A DNA stretch of 64,000 nt from Mobula hypostoma. Lineage: Eukaryota. Below are positions 25,590 through 37,214 of this stretch, in pieces; the first letter of the stretch is position 1, and every line of letters starts with the position of its first letter. Location: contig NC_086097.1 of NCBI RefSeq assembly GCF_963921235.1, positions 45,076,001-45,140,000 of the forward strand, written 5' to 3'. The position numbers were made by a program, and so were the translations under genes. The notes beneath the pieces are model-generated. The model had not been told where the DNA came from. It saw only the letters and a list, made by a program, of their open reading frames with translations, and did not search any database.

Positions 25590-26025
25590 AACCATAGAAA
25601 CCATAGAAACTACAGCACAGAAACAGGCCTTTTGGCCCTTCTTGGCTGTGCCGAACCATTTTCTGCCTAGTCCCACTGACCTCCACACAGACCATATCCC
25701 TCCATACACCTCCCATCCATGTATCTGTCCAATTTATTCTTAAATGTTAAAAAAGAACCCGCATTTACCACCTCATCTGGCAGCTCATTCCATACTCCCA
25801 CCACTCTCTGTGTGAAGAAGCCCCCCCCTAATGTTCCCTTTAAACTTTTCCCCCCTCACCCTTAACCCATGTCCTCTGGTTTTTTTCTCCCCTTGCCTCA
25901 GTGGAAAAAGCCTGCTTGCATTCACTCTATCTATACCCATCATAATTTTATATACCTCTATCAAATCTCCCCTCATTCTTCTACACTCCAGGGAATAAAG
26001 TCCTAACCTATGCAACCTTTCTCTT
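25590..26025 (-). mobile_element. CR1-like LINE 3' end
   Basis: ORF 25785-26033 ERLHRLGLYSLECRRMRGDLIEVYKIM; tail (TTTCTATGG)n. Confidence 0.9.
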
Positions 26026-27142
26026 GGAAACATATTGCCATTATTTCTTTGTGGCTGGGTCTAAATCCTGGAACTCCTTTGCCAACACCATTGTCAGAGT
26101 ACCAGAAGGACAGTCGATGTTCAAGAAGTCTGTTTACTATCTACTTCTCAAGGCAATTAGAGATGGACAATAAATGCTGGCATTGATGGCAAAGCCAAGA
26201 CCCCAAAAATGAATAAAATAGAAATGCCTTTATCCTTAACAGCCATTTGTATGTGCAACATGAATTTGAAAGACAATTGGTACAATGGACTGCTCCTGGA
26301 TAAAACAGTCGTATAGCCCTTTCACATTTTAAACATATAGAAGTTCAGGAAATTAACTTGTTCAAAGAAGATGGGATTTACATTTAAAATCTTGCATGCC
26401 ATGTGTATAGTGTAGTCCAGCACTCCCAGGACCATTGGGAAGTCTGATCTGTATAAATCCACAGAAAGAGCTGTTGCTGAATTTTCCTCCTTTGAGTTGA
26501 AAGGCTGAGCAACACTGTAAGCTATAAAATTCAATGTTGCAAAATTCAGCCATTGCTATTTGGAATGATTGAGAGGTAAACTGGTTCAAGACAACAATGA
26601 TATTTATCTCCAGAGCCACATTGTCCAGATGTCTGTCACCACTGCCTTTGAAAATCTGACTCCCCAGATACATTGCTCTGCAGACAGCTCAGGATGGTTG
26701 CATTCCTGAAGAAAGACTCTAATGGAATATACTTTTCTGGTCAGAATCCCTCTCCTAAATTTTTTCTTGTTTCTTTATGAAAGTGCTGTGCCTTCAGCCC
26801 CTTTCCTCCCATTCATGGATGTGCTAGAGTCCCACTGGTACCATTACTAAAGCACACACTTTTTAAACAAAGTAGAAGTTGTCACCTCAGAAATGTCCAA
26901 AACTTGTTCTCAATGTTCAGCTGACTCCAATAACTTCTCCTTCAGATGTCTCCACATAATCTGCAAATAATTCCTGTGCAGAGATTCGACCTGCTGTTTG
27001 AACCCAACTGCCTCCCTCAAAAGGGCTTTTCTCCATGTTTTTCCCACCAACAACCCAGCCCCACCTGTCCTTGCACACAAAGGATATCAGGTCCAAGTCT
27101 ACAATAGAGAGGGCAAGTGGGATCTTGGGGGAGTTGGGCCAG

Positions 27143-29183
27143 AGGGTAGATGAAGAGATAACAGATGCATTGTCATGATCTTTCAAGAATCACTTGATTT
27201 GGGCATGTTCCTGGAGGACTTAAAGGTTGCAAATGTCACTTCACTCTTTAAGAAGGGAGGAAGGCAAAAGAAACAAAATTATAGGCCAGTTAGCCTAACC
27301 TCAGTGGGAATGTGTTGGAGTCTATTGTTAACTATGAGGTTTCAAGGTACTTGGAGACTAATAATAAAATAAGTCAAAGTCAGCATTATTTCTGTAAAGG
27401 GAAATCTTGCCTGACAAATCTGTTAGAGTTCTTCAAGGAAGTGACAAGCAGGTTGGACAAAGGCGAGGCAGTGGATGTCATTTACTTGGATTTTCAGAAG
27501 GCGTTTGATAAGGTGCCACACAAGAGGCTGCTTAACAAGATAAAACCATTAGGTGTTACAGGAAAAATACTGGCATGGATAGAGGAATGGCTGACAGGCA
27601 GGAGGAGGCGAGTGGAAATAAAACGGGCCTTTTCTGGGTGGCTTCCGGTGGCTAGTGGTTTTCCTCAGGGGACAGTATTGAAACCACTACTTTTCACCTT
27701 GCTTGTCAATGATTTAGATAATGGAATTGATGGCAAAGTTTGTGGATGGTATGAAGATAGGTGGAGGGATAGATAGTGCTGAGGAAGCAATGCAATTGCT
27801 GCAGGATTTAGACAAATTGGAAGAACGGGCAAAAAAGTGGCAGGTGGAATACAGTGTTGGGAAATGTATGATAATGCATTTTGGTAAAAGGAACAATAGT
27901 GCGGACTATTATCTAAACGGGAGAGGGTTCAAACGTCACAGGTGCAGAGGGACTTAGGAGTCCTCACGCAAGACTCCCAGAAGGTTAATTTACAGGTTGA
28001 GTCCGTGGTAAAAAAGGCAAATGCAATGTTGGAATTTATTTCAAGGAGAATAAAATATAAAAGGAAGGAGATAATGTTGAGCCTTTATAAGATACTAGTC
28101 AGGCTGCGGGGTGTATGGGGTGTCTAGGGAGGGGTAGCACCTCTGGTGGGGGGGGCCTGCCGTGTCCTTTTTCAGGGCAGCTCATCCACCTTTGGTCCCC
28201 ACCTGGCACTCAGCTCTCACCTGTGGCTCCAAGTAGCTGTAGCACGCGCAGCGGCCACACCCCGGTAAACTGTCTCGGCAGACGGGCCAAACCAGGTGAG
28301 GGTAGCCGACGGGTCTTCAACCCTTGGTGAGGTACGGGATTTGCCTATCCCAGCGTGTGAAGTCTGGCCCTGGCAGATGGAGCAGAGGAGACTGATTAAT
28401 AGTCCAACGGTCAAGAAGGCAGGCCAGCAGGCGTTGTGGAGCTAGGAGCACGACAAGGCACTTAGACGTCCTGGTCATCCACTGCAAGAGGTGGTGATCT
28501 CTTTAATCTCACCCGGCGGAAGGCAAAGGCAAACCACTGCTGTAACTTGCCGATTTCCCAATATGTCAGAGCGGCATGGAGGGAAATTATCCGCCAACTG
28601 GAGTTTCCAGATGCGACCTAAAGTGAAGCGAGTCAGGCTGCACTTGGAATATTGTCAACAGTTTGGGGCCCCATATCTCAGAAAGGATGTGTTGTCATTG
28701 GAAAGAGTCCAGAGGAGGTTCATGAGGATGATTCCAGGAATTAAGTGGTTAACATATGAGAAGCATTTGGCAGCTTTGGCCCTGTACTCACTGGAATTTA
28801 GAAGAATACGTGGGGATCTCATTGAAACCTACCGAATGTTGAAAGGACTAGATGGGTTGGATATGGAGAGGATGCTTCCTATGGTGAGGGTATCCAGAAC
28901 AAGAGGGCACAGCCTTAAAATTGAGGGGCGACCCTTTAGAACGGAGGTAAGCCAGAGAGAAGGGAATCTGTAGAATGCTCTGCCAAAGACTGCGGTCGAA
29001 ACCAAGTCCGTGGGTACATTTAAGGCAGATCATTTCCTGATCGGTCCAGGCATCAAAGGATACAGCGAGAAGGCCGGTGTATGGGGTTAAGTGGGATCCG
29101 GCGTCAGTCATGGTAGAATGACAGAACAAAGTCAATAGGCTGAATGGCCTAATTCTGCTCCTATGTCTTATGGTCTTATGATC
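27143..29183 (+). mobile_element. CR1-like LINE ORF2 fragment to 3' tail, interrupted at 28108-28630
   Basis: ORFs 27175-27776 (NYRPVSLTS, YLDFQKAFDKVPH), 27721-28127 and 28640-28973; tail TCTTATGGTCTTATG at ~29166-29180. Confidence 0.95.
28108..28630 (+). mobile_element. RTE-related non-coding insertion with 11-bp TSD
   Basis: AGTCAGGCTGC is duplicated at 28097-28107 and 28631-28641. The insert is GC-rich and contains GGCAAAGGCAAACCAC. Removing it restores CR1 LVRLHLEYC. Confidence 0.7.
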
Positions 29184-29769
29184 TCCCTTTCCAGGGGCAC
29201 CAGCAAGGTAGGCGCATCAGGCTCACAGGCCCTCTCATTGCTATACAGCAAGGAGTTGGGGTGATCTTCATTTGAATGACTGCAAGGACCTCTTTCTAGT
29301 AGCACACCCTTCCGAACTGTCCAGTTGACCGCTGGCCCAACTGCTGAAAGGGCCCGGTTCACTTGCATTCACTCCCCATTCAGGCTGGGGGCTGACTGGC
29401 TTCAGGTGCCATGTGCAATCTTTCTCAGTCTGCCATACCATTGAAATCGTGGAACCTCATATCTCTGTTTTAACTTAAGTCCCTCACCATCTATTTTTCC
29501 CAATATCTTTTCTATTCTATGCTATTCAACTAATCATCTACCTTCAGCAACCAACCTTCATTACAGAGTACCATCACCATTACACTTTGGCACACTATTC
29601 ATGGTTTTTGTCAAGCTCTCGGTGCCTTCTGCCTTTGTGTTTGCTGTGGGTGTGTTTCCATCATCTGTGGTCAGGTCTAACGTGGCCGGCTGGTGTTCAT
29701 CTCTTAGGTTCTCTGTAATTACACGGTTACTGGGTACACTTGATCCCCTGCTCTGTCTGTGGGAGCAAC

Positions 29770-32030
29770 AAGAAGGCGAGTCATACTGTTTAACTTGAGT
29801 CCAGTGTTTCCACTGGCTGCTTCGCGGAGTCTGCACACAGACACAAGTGTCACTTGCAAAAAGTACCATCGATGGCCCGATCCATCTGGGAACAAACTCT
29901 TCCCTTTCATGCAGCAGCTTCACCATGACTTGGTCACCTAGCTGTTGGAGGACTATCTCCTTTCCCTCCAGCTCCCTCTGATCAGCAATGTGCTGCTGTT
30001 GTTTTGCTCAGCCTTTCAACACTTTAAGCTGGTTACTAAGGTCTTACACATACTGTGCCATTTTATCCCTGTAAGCCCCCGGCTCCCCGCAACCCGTAAT
30101 TACCCCATAGGGGAGTTGCATTGCCCGCCCCATCAATAATTCATAGGGGCTGAGACCCAGCGTGTAGTTTGAGGTTGCACGCAATCTCATCAGGATTCCT
30201 GGTGATACATCAACCCATATCTTTCCCATCTCGGTTATAGCTTTGGCTAAAGCATTCTTGATTGCTTGGTTCATCCTTTTTACCATTCCTGAACTCTGGG
30301 GGTGGTAGGGTACGTGGAACCGTTGTCGAATCCCTAGCAGTCGGCACATTTCCTTCATCACTTTCCCTATGAAATGCGCTCCCTGATCTGAATCCACCTG
30401 AACTGGGGTTCCCCACCTTGGGAGGATTTCCTGAACTAGGATCCATGCAGCAGTGCGGGCGGTGCAGTCCCTTGTTGGGAAAGCCTCTACCCCCCCAGGT
30501 GAAGTGATCCATAATTACTAGACGGTAGCTTTTCCCCCTGCTTTTCGGCAGGGGCCCCATGAAGTCCATCTACCTGTTTTCTCAGGGTTCTCTGGGCCGA
30601 GGCTGGTTTGCCAGCTGTAGTTTTATGCCCTTACCAGGGCACAAATGATAGAATAGTAGCAGAATTTCTCACCACCCCCGCCTATCCCTGGCCACCACCA
30701 GTCCTGCCAGAGGGTTGTGATCATATTCTGCCTTCCCTGATGCATCGCCCCATGATAAAACTTCAATAGTATCTGCCTAATACATGGTGGGACTACTGTG
30801 ACCCTTTCCTCCCCGTGTGTCCAGCTCCCACCTGGTCCCTCCTTTGCTCCTTTTCTCCCCCATTCTCCTTCTGCCTCCAAATCTTCATATAACTTTACTA
30901 ATCTGGTTTCAGTCGTTTCTTCCTGCACACTTTCAATTTCAATTGCCTCTTGTTCCTCTGCTGCCTTCTTTGCAGTAATGCCTGCCCACTCATTTCCTTT
31001 CAGCTCCTGACTCTCCCGTCTCTGGTGAGCTTTTACTTTAATCACTGCCATCTCTGCTGGCAGACTCACTGCTTCTGGCAGTTGTTGAATTAGGTGCCCG
31101 TGCTGAATGCCTGCCCCTGTTGAGGATACCAATCCTCACCGTGCCCATGCCATCAGATCATCATGCACCACCCCGAGGGCATATCGGCTGTCTGTATATA
31201 TTTGCTCATTTGCCTTCACTGTGGAGCAGTTCTTCCGTCAGTGCCACCAGTTCCACCACCTGAGCTGAGCAACACTCTGGCAAATAATTCTTCAGCTGAT
31301 TCCTTCACCAAGGCCCACCCAGTACCGTCTATGTAACTCTGAGACCCACCTATAAACACTTTCTCTGCTTCCCTTTCCAGAGGTGTTTCCCTCACACCGA
31401 TACCTTCCTCCTGCTCTACTTCTATTTGGCACTCATGTGCCCCCACCCCCCGTTAGAATGGTGCTTGCGGGCTTCATTCCAGTGTCCCTAACCACCGTTA
31501 CTGACTTACAAACAACTGGCAGTGTGTCACTTTTTATAGGATACTGCTTATGGGGTTTATGCAGGCCCCTCTCTATTTTAAATGGGTTTATTTTTACTTG
31601 ACCACAATCTTGCTTGTGTCTAGCCCACACCGATGGGAACTGCTGACAAAGTAGCCCATAGAAACCAAAGTGGCTCCAGTCTCTGACGATCAGAGCAGCT
31701 GTGGCTTCGTTGGCTATGTTGCGTACTCTGTTGGTGATACGAGTTCGCTGCCCCAGGCTTGGCCATATTATTTCTCCCTTTCCTGAATCTATAATGGTCC
31801 CTGCTTCCCTTAGGATGTCTATTCCCAGGATGGTACCCTCAGTATCTGGACAGGCACTGGAATACTCTGAAAGCTGCACCCCGCCAATTTTGAGTATCTG
31901 CTTTCACTGGTTTTCCTCCTACACCCATAATATAAATAGCCTGTTTGGTTGTTGGAAAGGGTGGTTCAGTTATCAATACTAATACATCGCACTGCCGGTC
32001 CCCTACAATCCTGTTGTGTATAGCCGTAGG
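29770..32030 (-). pseudogene. pol: Retroviral pro-pol remnant
   Basis: PR (IMGVGG; ILGIDIL), RT N-terminus (VWARHKQDCG..KQYPI), tether end (KPAS..HEC), RNase H (FIGGS; SAQVVEL; IYTDSRYALG; AVIKVKAH; GNEWA), IN (H-x3-H, WWWPG, MDFMGPLP, DSDQGAHF, PYHPQSSGMV, PRWIGP). Confidence 0.9.
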
Positions 32031-33023
32031 TCATCAGCGATGGTAGTGGGGGCCTTTGCCACATCATTTTCTGATATACAAGCCATCTTCACCAGCTGTA
32101 TGATCTGATCGACAGTCAGATTGGTCAGATTGGTCAGATTGGGCACTGGTGGGGTGAGAGATTGCATGTTTGTTGTGACTTTCACCTGTTTTTCTTTTCT
32201 CTTTTTTGGTCACTGTCTCCAACCATGTCCTGATAGGCCACAGCTGTAGCATATCAACTCTTTTACCCTCCCATTTCTATTCCAGCAGTTCCTTCCTCTG
32301 TGCCTTGGCTGCTGGCACACAAAGTGAACCCTCTGCGACATCACAGCAGCTGCATCCACTATAACAACTTTACGATTTCTCTTGCACTTTCTTTGGTCTA
32401 ACTCACTGGCCCACGAAACTATCGCAGAGTAGGACAACCCCACCGTTATGCCCAAATCTAAAACTTCCTGGTGGGCTGAGCTCAGGCCTTCCTTCAGCAT
32501 TTTCGGAAGACTTGGTCGGCCCTCCCTGGATTATCGAACCCCAAATACTCCTCATACGCTCGATATTTACGTTCTGCCTAATCCATGGCTGTTTCATCAG
32601 CTTTTTGAATTACTGGCATTACCGTTCCCTGGTGACTCTCACCTCTCCCCAGTCACTGCCTCACACCACCTTTAAAGGAGCGATATCTTTCTTCATTGCT
32701 GGAATTCCTGGTAGTTGCCCAGGTACCATCCCGCACCCCCTGGGTCATCCTGTCCCACATATTCCTCGGGCACTTCACTTTTACCAACATGTGTATATCT
32801 TTAGGATGCATCTGGTGAATTTCAACCACTTCCTTGAACTTGCGCCACAATTCCAAATTCCCACATGCAACTTTGACAGAGGGCAACTTAGACAAAATGA
32901 TCTGTTTCTCCCCGGGGGGGGGGTGGTGGTGACACGTTTATGAATGGTCATTATCAAGGTCACGGGCTGGCTCGGATCATCAGGGTTCTCAGCCTGACAT
33001 TCCCTGACCTCAATAGGTGCCAT
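32030..33023 (-). pseudogene. gag: gag remnant with two CCHC zinc knuckles
   Basis: ATG at 33023 and capsid-like fragments (ORFs 32653-32895, 32210-32500). Knuckles read hFVCQQPRHRGRNC and CYSCGLSGHGWRQ*. Confidence 0.75.
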
Positions 33024-33500
33024 CCTGACAGATATCCGGGTAAAATCTCTCCCTGAAATATTTCCATTTCCACAGTACACAAAAAATAAAAGACGGGTAC
33101 CAGTTAAATAGCACATACTCAAAACCACAGAGTATGTACTCTGCAATCTGCTATTTTTGTGCGCCTGAATTCCTGATGCCTGCTGTATTCCTATGCGACA
33201 CTCTTGCAAAATGCATATGCTAAAATGCAGCTCCCGGAATGAGTATACACGCCCCCCACTTTGGCGTCTCAAGCCTTCAATAACTGGCTTTCCAACTGGT
33301 GGCCCCGTCTCTTATGTGAACACACATGCATGCACACAATTTTATTTTTATATCTACCAGTTCAGCTCTCTGTGTTTGTGATCCCTCATGTTCCTGTGTG
33401 TCACTGACCCGAACAGATCCAAGTGTGAGTGCTAATTTTAAAAATACTCACCCACTTAGACCCCGAAGATTGCTGGCCACATGATGGGTCGCACAAAGGT

Positions 33501-33518
33501 ATCCCACTTCTGACACCA
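33501..33518 (-). promoter_or_regulatory. Primer-binding site complementary to tRNA-Leu 3' end
   Basis: Minus strand TGGTGTCAGAAGTGGGAT is the complement of ATCCCACTTCTGACACCA (vertebrate tRNA-Leu 3' 18 nt, recalled). It lies 5 nt inside the LTR end. Confidence 0.9.
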
Positions 33519-33523
33519 AACAT

Positions 33524-34062
33524 TGTTGTGTGAGTTAAGTCACCGGAGAAAGGTACTGGTAGACATGAAGCAGCCACTTTATTTGACAAAACGAGATACA
33601 GTAGGCATCATATTGAGAACCTTTCGGTGGAGAAGGTCTGGCTGGCCCAACACTACCCGACATTTTATGTGCTTAACATCAAAGGACAATTCCATATTTA
33701 CAATGCATCCACAATGCTTTCTTTGAGACCATACACAAACTTCATACTCCCAATTTGCACCCACACCACCGACATCTAAATATATTATAATCAGCACTGT
33801 CTGGTCTGTGGTTCAAGGCTTTTAGGGACCTATTGTTCAATGCAACATTTTAAATTTAATCTACAATCTATATTCGGATTTGAAGGTTGGTGGCTGAAGT
33901 TATTTGTAATATGTGTGAAACCCAAAAAAAAAAACAATCCAACGTACAAAAGCTATGTGTGCTGAGAATTAGACCATGCCCAGCTGAATAAAATTCAAGT
34001 TTGATGTATCGGCGAAGACCAATTCGCTTTAGGACAATAAACTAAAGTAAGTTATATCTACA
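33524..34062 (-). repeat. Putative 5' LTR of the ERV-like element
   Basis: Minus termini TGTAG...CAACA, TATA-like CATAAAA at ~33663-33669, AATAAA at 33578-33583. No second copy exists here to confirm the outer boundary. Confidence 0.6.
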
Positions 34063-34102
34063 TTTCTCCCACAGAGCAGTATAAAAAAGTTCAAAAGTAA
34101 AT

Positions 34103-34290
34103 TTAGATTAGATTAGATTAGATTGGATTATGAGGACACTTAGTCCTCGTTTATTGTCATTTGGCAATGTATGCATTAAGAAATGATACAATGTTCCTCC
34201 AATATGACATCACAGAAACACAAGACAGAGCAAGACTAAAACTGACAAAAACCACATAATTATAACATATAGTTACAACAGTGCAAAGCA
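34103..34290 (-). mobile_element. 3' fragment of the same retroposon family as 866-1535
   Basis: (GATTA)n followed by TGAGGACACTTAGTCCTCGTTTATTGTCATTT..., closely matching 866-1050. Confidence 0.8.
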
Positions 34291-34840
34291 ATTTATTATT
34301 AAAGTACCTGTATGTCACCATACACAACCCTGAAATTCATTTTCGTGCGAGCATACTCAATAACTATAACAGAATCCATGCAAGACCACACCAACTGTGT
34401 GTACAACCAACGTGCAAAACACAACAAACTGTGCAAATACAAAAAGAAAGAATTAATAATAATAATAAAAATTAAGTAATAAATATTGAGAAGATGAGAT
34501 GAAGAATCCTTGAAAGTGAGTCCATGACTATCCTAAGTGACTGGGGTCTGCAAATGAGGAAATCGAAGATCCAATTGCACAATAAGGTATTGAGGTCAAG
34601 GTCTTGAAGCTTATTGATTAGCTTTGAGGGGATGATGGTATTGAATGCTGAGCTGTAGTTGACAGAGAGCCTCCTGACATCTTTGCTGTCCAGATGTTCC
34701 AGTGTTGAGTGAAGAGCCAGTGAGGTGCTGTCTGCTGTGGACCTGTTGTGCAAGCAAGCAAATTGGAGTGGATCCAAGTCTCTTCTTAGGCAGGAGTTGA
34801 TATGTGTTATCACCAATCTCTCGAAACACTTCATCATAGG
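34290..34840 (-). mobile_element. Rex1/Babar LINE RT fragment and 3' UTR
   Basis: ORF 34472-34837 [43 protein letters not shown]. Confidence 0.85.
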
Positions 34841-36189
34841 TTAAGTCAGTTGAGTCATTATTTGTACACGTGTGGTGAAGGCACAGCGTACAGTGAAAAA
34901 CTTTCAGCAGCGTTACAGGATCATAGATTCAGACAACACAAATATATTAATTATACAGATATTATATGTTATACATAAATTATTCAAGAGAAATCCCTTG
35001 TACATCTTGTATTTCCTCTCTAATACATCACCCTAGTGGGCTATTACTTGAAATCTACCACATTATCTTAAATCTTTCCCAATACCATGAGTTAACCTTT
35101 TTGTAAGGAGATTGATAGAGACCATCTTGTACATGTCTATACTTTCCCAGAACAGTACCAGTCTCCCAGGAATCATGAAGTACCCTCCTCTTACCTCGCA
35201 TTGTTTTAAGAGTGCAGTCAAACGTTGTGATCCTTGTTGGAAACCATTGCACAAGGAGGGAAGGAGATGAGGTCCAATGGACAAACGTTCAGTCGGTATC
35301 AATGAAATCCCCCTACATTCTTCCATATTTAAGAGAGTACGGATCTAGAGCCATCAAACACTTTCATTCCCAGAATCAATCTCCTGAACCTCCTCTAGAC
35401 ACTCCCCAATGCTTGCACATCCTTTTTTAAAAAAATATTGGGCCCAAAACTGCTCACAACAGTCCAAGTCCTCTCAAAATGAATGCTAACATTGCATTTA
35501 CCATCAATACTACCCACTCAACTTGAAAGAGACAAGTGACACTTGCAATTTTCCAGTTCTCCTGAACCATTCCAGAATCTAGTGATTCTTGAAAGATAAT
35601 TATTAATCCCTCCACAATACCTTCAGCTACCTCTTTCAGAACCCATGGGTGTAGTCCATCTGTTTTAGGTGATTTATCTGTCTTCAGGTAAGTACATGTT
35701 TCTTCTTCCTATTTCCTGTATTGAATATAGGTTGATTTTTTTTAACTGTTGGTGATAAAATGAGTTTGGGTGCAGAGGCATCTCCTCACATCAGTCAGTA
35801 GAATGGATAGCAGTGAAGCTAATATTAGAATAAGAATACATAGATGTGATAGAGAAGGTTTGTTGTACTCTATATTTTATGACACTATTATTATTTTCAG
35901 ATGTCTCTGTTTTTCTAAAGCCTGGAATATCCAGATTCACCTTTGTTTCTTGTTTGATACTCAGAAAAGTAATGTTTCTAATGTGTAAACAATATCACTC
36001 CTATTTTTAGATATTTGCCTTTTACCTTATTCAAAGATGATTGCAATAGCAAATTAAATATATTCAAGATTCATGATTGTTTAATGTCATTTCCAGCACA
36101 CAAGTGAAAAAGAGAATGAAGTAATTGTAACTTTGGATCTAATGCAGCACAAATAAAACATGCTATTAAAAAACACAATAAATATAAAT

Positions 36190-37205
36190 ACCATAACCAT
36201 AACCATAAGACATAGGAGCCATCGAGTCTGCTCCACTATTCAATCATGGCTGATCCTTTTTCCCCCTCCTCAGCCCCACTCTCTGGCCTTCTCCCTGTAA
36301 CATAAGAATATAAGAAATAAGAGCAGGAGTAGACCATCTAGCCCATCGAGCCTGCTCCCCCATTCAATAAGATCATGGCTGATCTGACCATAGACTCATC
36401 TCCACCTACTTGCCTTTTCCCCATATCTCTTAATTCCCCTACTATGCAAAAATCTATCCAACCTTGTCTTAAGTATATATAGTGAAGTTGCCTCCACTGC
36501 TTCATTGGGCAGAGAATTCCACAGATTCACTTCTTTGGGAAAAGCAGTTCCTCCTCATCTCCTTCCTAAATTTACTCCCCTAAAAGTTGAGACTATGTCC
36601 CCTAGTTCTAGTCTCACCTACCAGTGGAAACAACTTTCCTGCCTCTATTTTATCTATCCCTTTCATAATTTTATATGTTTCTAAAAAATCTCCTCTCATT
36701 CTTCTGAATTCCAGCAAGTAGGCAACTCAATCTCTTCTCATAATCTCTTCCCTCATCTCTGGAATCAACCTGGTGAACCTCCTCTACACCACCTCCAAAG
36801 TCAATTTATCCTTCCTCAAGTAAGGAGACCAGAACTGCATGTAATACTTCAGATGTGGCCTCACCAGTATCCTGTACAGTTGCAGCATAACCACCCTACT
36901 CTTAAATTCAGTCCCTCTATCAACAAAAGCCAACATTCCAGTTGCCTTCTTGACAGCCTGCTGCACCTGCAAACCAACCTTTTGTGATTCGTGCACAACA
37001 CTCCCAAGTCCTTCTGCATATCAGCATGCTGCAATCTTTTACCATTTAAATAATAACCAGACCTTCCATTTCTCCTTCCAAAGTGGATGACGTCACATTT
37101 ACCAACATTGCATTCCATCTGCCAGACCCTTGCCCACTCACTTAACCTATCTATATCTCTCTACAGACTCTCTGTATCCTCTGCACAATTTGCTTTTCCA
37201 CTCAA
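36190..37205 (-). mobile_element. CR1-like LINE 3' fragment with a second tail fragment
   Basis: ORFs 36784-36996 and 36861-37118 (NVGKCDVIHFG; LVRPHLKY..FWSPYLRKD). Confidence 0.9.
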
Positions 37206-37214
37206 TTTATAGGA

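Larger units (their letters stand above)
29185..34062 (-). mobile_element. Defective endogenous retrovirus-like element: LTR-PBS-gag-pro-(RT deleted)-tether end-RNase H-IN-possible env remnant
   Basis: Domain order and motifs are listed in the sub-features. Many stops and frameshifts; truncated at the CR1 tail near 29184. Confidence 0.85.

Noticed and set aside
26250..27140. Continuation of the ERV (env) beyond the CR1
   Set aside because: The short minus-strand ORFs show no fusion peptide, ISD/CX6CC or TM motif, and there is no TSD or 3' LTR.
32000..32010. TAG followed by GGG as a gag-pol read-through site
   Set aside because: Another frame reads IVGDRQCDVLV, which fits the protease N-terminus, so the stop more likely results from a frameshift.
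33501..33518. tRNA-Leu gene
   Set aside because: Only the 3' 18 nt including CCA are present, next to an LTR; this is a PBS.
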